In this document: positions 39,461-52,390 of the stretch, piece after piece
How the letters are laid out: every line of letters begins with the position of its first letter
Numbering within the stretch: the first letter of the stretch is position 1
Assembly: GCF_006345805.1 (NCBI RefSeq)
Contig: NC_043003.1
Span: forward strand, 18,352,001-18,416,000
Source: Octopus sinensis
Taxonomy: Eukaryota
DNA: 64,000 bases
Reading direction: 5' to 3'
The notes under the pieces: model-generated
What the model saw: only the letters and a program-made list of their open reading frames with translations
Database searches by the model: none
What the model was told of the DNA's origin: nothing
Translations under genes and position numbers: made by a program

Positions 39461-41019
39461 GCTTTTTTTCGTTTTATGTAGAGTTATGCGCTGTTGATTT
39501 TGCTTGGTTATGTTTGTCATAAATATAGAAAAAGATGTGTAGATGTTTCGGCTGAAGGAAATCCAGTTTTCACATCTCAGTCATGCCCCTCGCATATATA
39601 TGTATCATAAATAAGTCAACCTTCGATCGATATTCTATCCGTAACTAGCACGTTATCTTTTCTGATATACCCATAAAAGGCGTCGAGCTGGCAGAATCGT
39701 TAGCACGCCGGGCGAAATGCCTAGCGGTACTTCGTCTGCCGTTACATTCTGAGTTCAAATTCCACCGAGGTCGACTGGGGTTGATATACTCGACTTAATC
39801 CGTTTAGCCCCTTGTGGGTAGTAAAGAAATAGGCATTTCATCTGTCTTAAGGTTCTGAGTTCAAATTCCGCCGCGGTCGACTTTGCCTTTTATCCTTTCA
39901 GGGTCGATAAAATAAGTACCATTCGATTTAGCCACTTCAACGAAATTGCTGGCACCTATTATAAATTGATCTTAAATATGTAGCTATTTTGAAGTCGGTG
40001 TACAGCATTAGTTCGTAACAGTAGCGTCCCCTCCACCCTTACTTACTTTGGTGGGGGTGAACTCACAAAGGAGGCGGCTTAAGTAAAAAGGGTGGTGGAG
40101 CACTCTGGAAACTTCTGTGTGTTGAGAGGGGTCCTGATTTTTCTTAGAAATATAATATATAAAGCTTCCTCCAAACATTAAAAAAAAAACGAAAATTTCA
40201 TTAAGAAATACCCATTTTTCTGAATGTTATGAGTACACGAAGTCGAGGATGGACGGGGGACACTTGTGCAGGTATAACAAAAAAGAAATATGTGTTTAAA
40301 GCTGATATTTTAATAATATCTTCGAAAACATTCTTTGTTTAGGATTACAATATGAGTCAGAGAGTGTATTATCAGAGAGCGGAAACATGGCTGATGGTAT
40401 GCCAAGTTCCATTATAATTTTGTTTTATAAGTCCTCGCTTTCTTTAGTAATTTCCATAAAAATCTAACTGAAGACGCACTGGCCCACGCAAATATTTAAA
40501 AGGTGGACATAATAGAGGGGACAAAAACAGGTAATACATATAATAAACCATTGCAAAAAAGTAGTTTTTGTTTGATTAAGATAATTTGTCCCCTACCCCC
40601 GTCCCAAGAAAAAACATGCCAAGGGACGTTTGTAAAACGTCATTCGGTGAAAGAGGGCGCTGAGCTACAAAAGGTTGAGAACATGAGTTAGGTGAAGAGG
40701 TGGAACAATGGAGACAGTGCATATATTGGTATGACTGCTAGTCTATTTAAGAACAGGTTATATTAACATAATTACACATTTTTGAGCATTACAAAACTAG
40801 AAATATATATAGCCAGTTTTTGAAAAATAGCACTGTATCTCATATCATTAAATGGCGACGCTAAGACAAAACACTAACTTATATACAATTGAATGTTTGC
40901 TGTAGGCTTGCTGTAGCCTTTGTACTCTGGAAAGGCTGTCTATCCTGAAACAGCAAACCAAAGAATTGAATAAATACAGAGAAGTAATCGCTTCATGCAC
41001 TGGTGCGTTTAAATAACTA

Positions 41020-41235
41020 CCGTAATTGATGGCATAAAAGACGTACGGGCATATTAGATGCACCCCAATTTCAGCAGCGCATATTCGGGGAAAATATTTT
41101 CAGTGTATTAAAGCATGTAATATAGGCCCAACTTTAAATATAAGACCTGGAGGGACTTTATGAAACTTTTTCTTTATTTTTTATTATATTTTTATTTTTT
41201 TGAAAAAAGTGTGTCTAAGATGTCATCAAATACGG
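41020..41235. mobile_element. TA-flanked DNA transposon MITE (CCGTA termini, pogo-like)
   Basis: TA-CCGTAATTGATGGCAT...ATGTCATCAAATACGG-TA. A further right end lies at 42445-42465. Confidence 0.7.
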
Positions 41236-43077
41236 TACTTAAAAACCATAATGGCAACACAATAGGTTGTGATATGAAATCCTCATAACAGATTTCGTTT
41301 TCCCTTTTCTCTTCAAATGGTATTTTGTACCTAATTAAAAAGATGACGTTAAAGTAACTTCTCAAACAATTAAATGAACATACGGTATTTAAAAAACAAA
41401 CTAGAATATTCCCTCCTTCTAAGAATAGCACGTTTTCAAAAACTTGTACAAACACTGTCGATTTTATGGAATTGGATGAGCTTAATGTGCAGCATAAGCA
41501 TTTGGTCACTATAAATAAATATAAAGTGGAAGAACTGAAAAAAACCCCATAAATATGTCTTTGTACATGTAAATATATATATACGTATATGAGTGTACGT
41601 GTAGCCTCGTTTATCACTGATTCGTTTATCATTGATCCGGTATAATACAGTACGCTTAATTGCGAACCATGTTACGCCCATCATGGATTGGTCTGTGATA
41701 ACACGGGTCGGCGTGTACGCTCAATTGTGAACCATGTCATGCTTATGGATTGATCTGATAACACGGGTCGACGATCAGACGAAGATTCTGCTTGTACAGC
41801 AAAAAACGCGCACCAGCGACCACTTACGATGCTCAGCTACCCAGATGCACTGGCTATAACTTGTGAAGCTAAGTAGTTTTTACACGGATTGGCGTATTTA
41901 TTATAGCCATCAACACGAGACCTGGGACTCGTGGTGCGTTTGCAAAAAGGAAGAACTAAAAAAAAACAAAAAACAAAAAAAAACATATCTTCCTACATGT
42001 AAGTACGTGTGTGCGGAATTTTTTTTAAGGAAAAAAAAGTGTATCTTACATGCAACGCTTGATTAATCATTGAGCAAAATAAGCATGTGTTTAGGGTATC
42101 ATGGAACGAGGGTGTGGACCAAAGAAATAATAAATGGTTTACGACACAAAAGAATTCACTTTAAAGTCGCTAAAATAATATTCAGGGTACTTATAGAAGC
42201 AGATGAGTTATGTAAGATTAAATTTGAGGATCTGAGCAAAGACTTGGCAATTACAAAAAAAAAAATTAGGAAAAACTTTTCAACTATAAAATGGAAGTAT
42301 ACAAAATTAAACATTATTTTCCATCTTACTGCTTTGTTTCATTTTGAAAAATCAAAGCATATTTTGTGGTTTATTATCGCTTATATTTTGAATTACATAT
42401 ATATTGAGGCTTACGGCCTCTATGGGTCTTAATCCAGTTCGGCTTATATGCCATCAAATACGGTAATTACAGGCTGCCCTGCTCTTGTGCTGTTCATGTA
42501 CATTCATAAACACGATCGAATCGTCTGCTATTTCCATTTGGCAGGATATGCCGATTCCCCGACATAAAAACAGATGAAAAGTGACATAAACATGATGCTG
42601 ACCTGGTCACAATCAATCTGCCTGTCAAGACAAACAAGGAGGTTAAAGCAAAGTTTGTGATATAATTATCATGGACTGGAACGGTTGACGGCAATTCTGG
42701 GCCTTTTTACTTGTTTCAGTCATTAAAACGGTGTTGTAAGTCGATTGATCGCCAAGTTATGCCTGATTTTAGAAGACAAGTAATTAGATAGATTTGCATC
42801 TACATCTATTATCGGATTTTGTTAGGGCCCCATATGGTAAAGATGTGGATGGGAAAAATGTGGGAAGAGGGTGATGTGCTAGCAACCCTCTCCCCTTACT
42901 GTTTTAGAAAGTAAACAACCACACAAATAACTACGCAGAGGCAGCCATGGTTGGAACAAGAACAAGAACACAAGCATTATCAAAAGAGAAAAGAAACATG
43001 GTCATTCCTTACCCAAATGACCTTATCTTATCGCTCATCACTTGTTATGTGCTCTAAATCAATTTGATAGTTGAACT

Positions 43078-43325
43078 CTGATTGGCTGTATGCAAATGAG
43101 TTCATAACTAGGGTCCAGAACTCTCGTGGGAAAAAAAATTCGCGTCCGGAACAGTCCTTGAGTTTGCCCGCCTGCCAAACCTAGGGAGGTTTATACTGCA
43201 GATCCAAAAGTGCCACCCCATAAAAAGCATCGGGGAGGACTGTCCCACAACCACCATCACAGCTACGTTACTGCTTCGAACTCGAAATCCTGTCGCAACT
43301 GACTTTAGATTTCGTCCATAAATAG
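43078..43325 (+). promoter_or_regulatory. Promoter-like motif cluster
   Basis: CTGATTGG (CCAAT) next to ATGCAAAT (octamer), then GCCCGCC, and TATA-like CATAAAA (43218) and CATAAAT (43317), in CpG-rich unique DNA. Confidence 0.4.
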
Positions 43326-43976
43326 AACAAGCGCAATAAGCAATGTTGAAAACGTCCTAACTTCTTCCCATAAAAAAACAACAACACAGCAACAAAACTG
43401 TGACCTCGAGTGTCAACGTCTCGAAAATAATAAATAAATAAATAATATATAAATAAAAAATAAATATGAAGCTGATTGTTTCTCTGGCAAAGAAAAGGCA
43501 GGATTCTGAAACGGGCAATGTTAAAATAAATGAGATAGTTGTGAAGTTTACAAGGTAAACAACTGCAGATAATGACCTTTAACAGAATACAACGTTTGTT
43601 GTTTTATTTTTAACCTTGTCACTGTGTGTATACATGGACAGTCACTGCAGGGACAGTGTGCAGCAGCTTAAACATTTGAAAAATGCACACACATACATAT
43701 TTACGTGCATACATGTAGAAACGTAGCTAGAGGTAGGTCGAGGGGGTGGTCGACGCCGGGAGATGTCTTTTTGGCGGCAGCACTTTTCAGTTCGCTGTAT
43801 AAACCTGCATAAGCTTCATTTGTCAGCCCCGGGTGGAGGACAGCAAACTTAAGGGTTGCCCTGGGCATACACACAGTAGTCACATGACTGCATACATGCG
43901 TAGATACATATATATGCAAACATACGTGTAAAGAAATGTGCGCGTGTAAGGTTATGTTTACATTACGACTGCAAAG

Positions 43977-44078
43977 AGGCTGTGTGGTAAGTAGCTTGCT
44001 TACCAACCACATGGTTACGGGTTCATTCCCACTGCGTGTGAGTGGATTTGGTACACGAAAACTGAAAGAAGCCCGTCG

Positions 44079-44150
<72 letters not shown>

Positions 44151-44151
44151 C

Positions 44152-44182
<31 letters not shown>

Positions 44183-44473
44183 CACATACATACATACATA
44201 CATACATACATACATACATACATACATACATACATACATACATGTATGTGTGTGTGTGTATATGTTTGGGTGTCTGCGTTTGTCCCCGCAACATCGCTTG
44301 ACAATCGATGCTGGTGTGTTTACGTCCCCGTAACTTAGCGGTTCGGCAAAGGTGACCGATAGAATAAGTACTAGGCTTACAAAGAATAAGTCCTGGCGTC
44401 GATTTGCTCGACTAAAGGCGCTGCTCCAGCATGGCCGCAGTCAAATGACTGAAACAAGTAAAAGACTAAAAGA
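43977..44473 (+). mobile_element. tRNA-derived SINE, family A (CpG-retaining, internal deletion)
   Basis: Head, TA array and tail, with most CpGs intact. Confidence 0.9.
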
Positions 44474-45210
44474 CGTACCAATATGCTGTCTTTCTTTTTT
44501 ATAATTTAGAGTAAATTTTGACCGTCCACCTATTTGGTAGCAAGGCTGTGAAGGAAACTATTTTGCTTTGATAGTCATCCTTTAAATCTTAAGGTCTTCC
44601 AAGCTTTTATAGTCCCAGCATCTTGTTTTAACCATCATCCTTTAAATATTAAGAAGGTCTTGCAGAATTTTATGGTCCCAGATATAGTGTTCATTTGTAG
44701 CAGATGAATTAAGGATTTGAATTTTCTCTCCAATATCCCAAAAGCTCAGCCATATTTTTGTCCCAGACGGGTTTGAAGTATGTAATAGGTATGAAGCTGG
44801 AAGTGTATCTCGGATACTGGATTTCCAAACTCCTTTTCAAAGAGCTATAGATGTCCTGCATGCATATTATATACCTGTATGTATACATGAAACATGGACG
44901 GACTGAGAGTATTAAGGGCGCTCGGGCATAACTGTTTACCGGGCCCCTTTGGATGTGTGTTTTAATAGAGTTAACATGCAGAGTACGGGCCCCTCCAGGG
45001 CAATGCCCGATTGACCGACGGCTTAGTCTGCCCCTGGCATGAAATAAACATGCCACTCTTTATATACTCGACAAATTCAGTAGCTACAAAGAACTAGCTC
45101 TACTAATTTGCATATCGTGTTAACTCTTTATTTAATATCAGAAACCTGTCAACAGGACTCTCTTGTATTCGAATGCACGTGGGCCAAAGAATTTTACTTT
45201 TCTCTCTCTC

Positions 45211-45256
<46 letters not shown>

Positions 45257-45418
45257 CCAGGATGATCCTGATACAAAGTGGAGCAAGGAAATCCCTTAGA
45301 CAAGCCACACAGTGATTTGTTTAAAGTGGTGATAACTTGGTTGGGCTTATGAAGTTTTTTTTTTGCCTGCTGATAGCAACAGTTAGTACAACTATGCCAT
45401 GAAACTGATGAACAGCAT

Positions 45419-45878
45419 GTGGTGTTAGCGGTGTTATGGGCTGTGATGAGCTATGTGGTGTTGGTGGAGATGATTGCAGATGAGGTAAAAGGGAAGTGAA
45501 GACTGCACGGGCCGGCGGAAGAGCCACACGCCACGTTTTGGATGTACGAAAGATTGTCCATACCTCAGAGGATGGAACCAGCAGCAGTGGGCAAGAAGAT
45601 GAAGACAGCATCAGTAGACAAGATGATGAAGCCAGCAGCAGCATGCCAGGAACTCAGGCGACCACAGAGGGAGCGGCACCCTCCTCCCTGGTTGGCTGAT
45701 TATGAAACCAGTTAAGGTGTGAGTTCGGGAGCGAGGAGTGAGTGGGAAAGCCGGTTGAGTGATCTGTAGTGGTGTTAGCGGTGTTATGGGCTGTGATGAG
45801 CTATGCAGTGTTGGTGGAGAGGATTACAGATGAGGTAAAAGAGAAGTGAAGACTGCAGGGGCCGCCGGAAGAGTCACA
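45419..45878. repeat. 110-bp direct repeats 350 bp apart
   Basis: GTGGTGTTAGCGGTGTTATGGGCTGTGATGAGCTATG... at 45419-45528 and 45769-45878. Confidence 0.9.
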
Positions 45879-46389
45879 GGAGCATGCGCGGGCAGGAAGC
45901 ACGTGTGGTGAGTTCGAGCAGAGACGGCAGCGAGCAAAGACGTGTTTATTTTTTGAGAGTGATGGCTCATTCCGCCGAGGCCAACAGGTAAGGCCCTTTG
46001 TATTTCTTTCTCCCGTTTGCTTCTTTTTCTGTTGTCCTTTTCGTCACACTATACAGCAGACGTCAGTTGGATGACTCTCATGAGTTCGTCCGCTCTTTGC
46101 TGGATGTTGCTTTTCACTCCGCAGGGTGTCCAATAATCATTATCCTCACCAAACTAGCTTGCTGGGGTTGGCGGTTTTAAGCCGACGACCCGACCATGTG
46201 ACGAGTTGCGCTGGGCTACATGTTACCAGTAACACCGGACAGCGACCTCAAATACGCGCGCGCGCTCATAATTAAAATCTGCATGGCAGAGGGGGCACAA
46301 CAAAGGAACATATGGAAATACAGGACAAAAAAAAAACAAAAAAACAATGGACACGAACATGTTCAATCTTTCATCGGTTATCAACCAAA

Positions 46390-46809
46390 TAAAGGGCGGC
46401 GAGCTGGCAGAATCGTTAGCACGCCGGGCGAAATGCGTAGCCGTATTTCGTCTGTCGCTACGTTCTGAGTTCAAATTCCGCCGAGCTCGACTTTGCCTTT
46501 CATCCTTTCGGGGTCGATAAATTAAGTACCAGTTACGCACTGGGGTCGATGTAATCGACTTAATCCGTTTGTCTGTCCTTGTTTGTCCCCTCTGTGTTTG
46601 GCCCCATGTGGGTAGTAAAGAAATAGGTATTTCGTCTGTCGCTACATTCAGAGTTCAAATTCCGCCGAGGTCGACTTTGCCTTTCATCCTTTCGGGGTCG
46701 ATAAATTAAGTATCAGTTACGCACTGGGGTCGATCTAATCGACTTAATCCGTTCGTCTGTCCTTGTTTGTCCCCTCTGTGTTTAGCCCCTTGTGGGTAGT
46801 AAAGAAACA
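46390..46809 (+). mobile_element. tRNA-derived SINE, family B, with duplicated body
   Basis: GGCGAGCTGGCAGAATCG...GAGTTCAAATTCC head and GCCTTTCATCCTTTCGGGGTCGATAAA core twice, with TSD GGTTATCRACCAAA. Relatives at 22280, 25870, 32105, 39678, 47490, 49220, 54550, 55980, 56520 and 62232. Confidence 0.9.
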
Positions 46810-47686
46810 GGTTATCGACCAAACATCATTACAATTTCGAAACCGAGGTTTAAACATTCATATGTATTCTTATGTATGTAGGTGTGTATACACATACACG
46901 TAATATAATTGTAATTATATTTATATTTACACAAATAAACATATTCACACACGCGCGCGCGCATTGTTTTCTTGTTTATCCAGCGTTATCGTCTTCTCTT
47001 TGATGTCCTTATCTAACTAGAAATACTTATTATTCTACTACATTCCCTTCATTATAGATTTCTTTGAAGTGTTTCTATAATTGTTAAAATAAGTTTAATA
47101 TAATATATTATTTCTTTGAGAACAGACAGTAACTAAGACAGCTAAGCAGCTTTGAGAGAGAAAAAAAAACCTATTTGGGATTTATTTTATTTTAACCATA
47201 CTCTCAAATTTGAATCACCAAATACGCACACTCGCTTAAATGTGAGTATCCTAAAACTCCATATATAGATACACACATTTTTTTTTATTTTTCATTTTCC
47301 CAAAAAATAATAAAAAAAGGAATCTGGATTAAAAGCAGGAGTGTGTATAATGCACGTTATAAGGCAGCTAATTTCCCCCTCATCCACATTTATTAAGCAA
47401 AAACAAGCAACCAAAAAACAATAATGTAATAAAACTAATATATTTCAGATTATTATATAATATATATATATCAATATTTTGTTATTAAAGGCGGTGAACT
47501 GGTAGAATCGAAATGCTTAGTGGCAATTCGTCCGTCTGTCGTTCTGAGTTCAAATTCCGCTGAGGTCGACTTTACCTTTCATTCTTTCGAGGTCGATAAA
47601 ATAAGTAAGTTAAGCATCGGTGTCGATGTAATCGACTTACCCGCCTGCCCAGAAATTGCTGGCCTGAACCGAAATTTGAAACAATA

Positions 47687-48863
47687 TCTCTTATTATAAA
47701 AGGCAGATTTTATCTGCCTCCCTTTGGGAGTTATACAAATCTACAATATAGGATTTCTTCAATTACAATTTACCTAGCATTTTTGAGAGTACAATGCATC
47801 GCGTCATGCCAGGTCCAGTTTTTAAAATTTAAACTCCAATTAAGCAAAATTTACAGAAAACTCACATTCTGGTGTGTGTGTCAAATGCTTTTCTTAGTCT
47901 GGTTTACACCACACGCAAACGCACACACACAGTGTGCGACGAATAAAATGAAAGTAAATGTAATATTTGTTTCTGTCTATCACGCTGATAGATACATGAG
48001 TAAAATGTATGGGAAGCTAACAGATAACAGTGAGTGAAAATGTTCTTGGAAGAGAGTAAATTAGCGACAGAGTGATTTGAGGAAGACTAAACTGAAAGTA
48101 TGAAACAGTGTTTATGTATAAACAGACGACACTTATATAAACCCTTTCGTTACCAAACCGCCCGAATTTACCTATTCATATTTAAATGAGAATATCAGAG
48201 TAAATCTCTTTAGTACATTCGTGAAAACACGTATTATACTTCGTAAACACTTCAAATACAGTTTTGTACAAAAATCGAAGTGTAATTTTAATTCCGTGAA
48301 TTATGGGAGATTTTTTTCCGAAATTTGTTCCTATTGTGTTTTCAAAATTTGTAATTCTGACAAAAAATGGATACGAATTTCATTATATCAAGCAGCGAGT
48401 CAGAATTCGAAGGATTTTCTACTGAAGACCTTCATAAATCTAACTCTATGACTGAAAAAAAATAAGCATCTTTATATAAGAGTGAAGTTGTGTGTCTGTC
48501 CCCTTCGATTTAGATTCGTAACTACTCCCACATTTTGCCGTGCAGTTTAACCAAAAGCGGGTATCCTATAGTCGTGATTCATATCGAGCCCTTCTGGGTA
48601 TTAGCGCGCGTCTACGATGAGTCTACGATTTAAAAAAAAATTACCATCATATTTTTCCATTTGAATGCATTTTTTCGCTTTTATATAAGGGAAGTAACTC
48701 TCTAAAAATATCTACGATGTGTCAACGATTTAAAAAAAAAATTTACCTTAATTTTTTTTCAATTTTTAATGCATTTTTTTGCTATTTTTTGGCTATAACT
48801 CTCTAAAAATGCTTATATAGTTATTTCCCTTACAAACCGAGCAACGCCGGGCGATACTGCTAG
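47687..48863 (+). mobile_element. Non-autonomous Helitron with two TC-starting 5' ends (47687 and 48469)
   Basis: A|TC...TATAA starts, and a subterminal hairpin with CTAG|T at 48860-48864. Confidence 0.72.
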
Positions 48864-49109
48864 TGTATTATAAGATTAAGATTGTGAGATCGCGGTTTCT
48901 ATTCTCGGACCGGCTTATGCGTTGTGTTTCTTGAGCAAAACACTTCATTTTCACGTCGCTCTGCAATCACTTTGACATCTAACGTATGACACACTGTGCA
49001 CCTCTACAGGTAATATGGATTTGATGGAGGGAGTGATCTAACGTACAGCATAAATATTTTATCACTATAACGAGTCAACCGTGCAGATTAATCAACAAGA
49101 AATTGCAGA

Positions 49110-49215
49110 ATCGTCTTTCTTGGATTCGAGAAACTACCAAGGAGAAGAAGAAGACGGCGATATCAAACAAGCAAAACTATTATATTTTGGACATACAATG
49201 CTCTACGATTCACTG
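49110..49215 (+). pseudogene. RTE-type LINE ORF fragment
   Basis: IKQAKLLYFGHTMLYDSL resembles the RTE KL.YFGH.MR.DSL motif. Confidence 0.55.
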
Positions 49216-51749
49216 TTCCGAAAGGATGAAAGGCTAAGTTGACCTTGGCGGAATTTGAACTCAGAACGTAAAAGACAGACGAAATGTCGCTGTCTGGCGT
49301 GTTAACGATTTTGTCAATACGCCACTAATAATGTTTCTAACAAATGCACAAGGCCTGAATTTTGGGGTATGGGGTTAGGAGATTAAATTGACAGCAGTAC
49401 TTCACTGGTACTTTATCTTACTGACCGCCGAAGGGATGAAAAGGAAAGCTGACCTGGGTGAAATTTGAACTCAGAACTTCTAGGAGCCAGGACATATATA
49501 TATATATATGAGAGAGGGGGGGGGAATTAATGGCAAAGAAGTTACAAACATTTATAGTTATGTAATTTTAGCCAATCAAAAGCGTCCGTTGCTAACTTAC
49601 TGGTTGTCGTAAATGTCTATCATAATGGAAATCAGGAAAGACAAAGGTAAGACAGCAAAGACGAAACCTTTAAGTGGTCACTCGGCTGCTAGAAATAGCT
49701 GCAAAATTTTCCTTAAGCTACATCATAACGTCTAAAATTTAAAAAGACGACATGCCATATACAAAAGACGACATATTATATAACATAGCTGGAAGCATTT
49801 TTCATTCATAATTGGAGCAGCAGTGTGTCATAATGTATGTGGTCCTAAATTCACAGCGACAATAAATGTTTATTATATGTAATCATAAACACAATGCTGA
49901 GCATGTGTTTGTTGTCAGTACATACAATGTGTTTATGATTACATAACACACAAACACACGACACATACGTTCTGTGCAATTCAAAGCACTTGATTAATTA
50001 AAAGTATAGGAGACGGGGAAAAAATCGTCTGGGAACGAACAGACAAACGAACGTGCGTTACGTAGTATCTATGAGCTGAAATTTCTACAGAACATGTATT
50101 TATATAAACCACTCACCGATCAATCAATAACTCAATCAATGAATTTTGATACACGGAGACAGTTCTGTATTATATAATTGATCAGATCTACAAAAGAAAA
50201 ATCGGTGATGAAGTGTGCAACTAAGTATGAACTGACGAATGGGTGAAACCATTATGTAATGCCTAGAAACAATGTAATATCAGATACAGGCATGGTTGTG
50301 GAGTTAAGCTTGCTTCCCGATCACGTAACCTTAGGTTCGGACCCACAGTGTGGCAACTCGGTGTAATGAATGACCATGGGATTGCACTTAGAAGCTTACT
50401 TCCCAACTTCGCAACATTGGATTTGGACCCACTGTGTGGCAACTCGGTATAATGAATGACTACAGGATTCGCTGGCGTGACTGGGGGCGGTATGGGCGAT
50501 CTGCCCCGGGCAGCACTTTTCATCCTGTTGTAGGCTATTGCTGTAGGTAATGTGTTTTTTGTGGGGTCCGGGGCGGTAAATGGAAGGGCCACTCCAGGTG
50601 GGACACACTCTAACTACGCTAGTGATGGGATTGCACTTAAAAAGTTACCCTCTGAAACACAAGTCCGGGCAAGGTTGTTTATGGAAGACTAGCAGTCGCC
50701 CATGCATACCAGCCTCTCCTCTCCACACGACCCCTGTTATCCAAGGGAAAGGCAAAGGGACCGATTACAGCTTGGCACCAGTGACACTGCAACTCATTTC
50801 TACAGCTGAGTGAACTGGAGCCACATGAAATAAAGTGCCTTGCTCAAGAACACAACATGCAGCCTGGTCGAGGAATCGAACTCACAACCTCATGATTGTG
50901 AGCTCGATACTCTAACCACTGAGCCATGTGCTATAAGCCTCAAGCTAACCAATGCCTTCTGAGTGGATTTGGCAGACGGAAATTGAAAGTAGTTTATCGA
51001 TGCTTATTTGCATCATTATCTACACACACACACACACAGGGCTTCTTTCAGTTACCGTCTACCAAATCCACTCAATGCATTTGGTCACCACAGGGTTATA
51101 GAAGACACTTGCCTGTGATGTCATGCAGTGGGACTGAACCCAAAGCCATGAGGTAGAGAAGGAAACTTCTTAATGTAGGTATGTGTGTGTGCGTGTGCGC
51201 ATGTGCATGTCTGTGTTTGTTTCCCACCTCTGCTTAACAACCGCTTCTTGATTTGTTTACATACCCGTAACTTATTGGTTGAGCAAAAGAGACCAATAGA
51301 ATAAATACCAGGCTTTAAAAAAAACAGCCTTGGGATCGATCTGTTCGACTAAAACCTTCTAGGTGGTGCACCAGCATGGCCGGAGTCCAATGGTCGAAAC
51401 GAGTAAAAGATAAAAAGATAAAAACTGACCACAGCCAATTGAAACAAATTCAAAACTGAATTTACTACAGTGAGGGATTATACAAGTAGAACACTTAACA
51501 AAATCCGCTGCCATGACAGAGGAGTTATTAAGCAAAGCTTGACGTGTCATCATCAACATCGTTTATGGAGGCAGGCTTTTCTGTGGCCGGATGCACTTCC
51601 TATCACCAACCCTCATTTGTTTTCAAGGAGGGTAATATTTTCCCACGGCCAGACATGTTTTCTCAGGACATTGGAAAATTAATGGCATTCAATTACCAAA
51701 ATCATGAGATGTCCAATGCAAGGCAATACAATCACTGGCACACACACAC

Positions 51750-51998
51750 ATGAAAGGCTGCTGAAAAGTTCCTGACTTTGGGTAAAAGAAAACACAGGAG
51801 GATCAGTTAATTATGATTTTATTCAACACATTCTCCTCTCAGATTCACATACTTATTGCAGTGGCCCTTAGAAAAACTAAAGGACCTCTGCAATAAGTGT
51901 GTGAATCTAAGAGAGGAATGTGTTGTATAGAATCATAATTAACTGATCCTCCTGTATTTTCTTTTACCCGAAGCCAGGAACTTTTCAGCAGCCCCTCC
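51750..51998. mobile_element. Palindromic mariner-derived MITE
   Basis: Two inverted arms of about 120 bp. The right arm encodes KCVNLREECVV*, like a mariner C-terminus, followed by the TIR GGAACTTTTCAGC. Confidence 0.85.
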
Positions 51999-52258
51999 AA
52001 CCAGGCTTTTCGTGACACCCATAATGGCAGGAACTTTTCAGCCCCCCCCCCACTTCGTATATATAATTGCCAACCAAGTGTGGTGTTCTATTACAGGACA
52101 ATGCTACTGGTGTTTATAACCCTGGGGCTGTAGCACTGTTCCGTATAGGACACCACACTTGGTTAGCAATTATATGTTACGATTCCATATTGCTACTGTT
52201 TACATCTCGCTCAGAGATTTAATATAATATATATATAACTTAACCTTATGTAATTTCT

Positions 52259-52390
52259 AAAATCTCTGATGAAGCCTAGAGAAACACCCAAGTACCTCAA
52301 TTTCATCTACTAATTTCTTCAGTCTACTGGAGGAATAAAGGTAGAATGAGGTATTTTTGCCTCTTGGCTGAAACAGCTGTAAGACATTTT
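52259..52390 (+). ncRNA. Type I hammerhead ribozyme, fully canonical core, 97-nt stem II
   Basis: AAAAUCU-CUGAUGA(52266-72)-AGCCUAGAG...CUCUUGGCU-GAAA(52370-73)-CAGCUG-UA-AGA-CA-UUUU. Confidence 0.88.

Noticed and set aside
43090-43420. snRNA gene downstream of the octamer
   Set aside because: No recognisable U1, U2, U4, U5 or U6 sequence follows.
50232-50262. CTGACGA-ATGGGT-GAAA motif
   Set aside because: Stems I and II cannot form.
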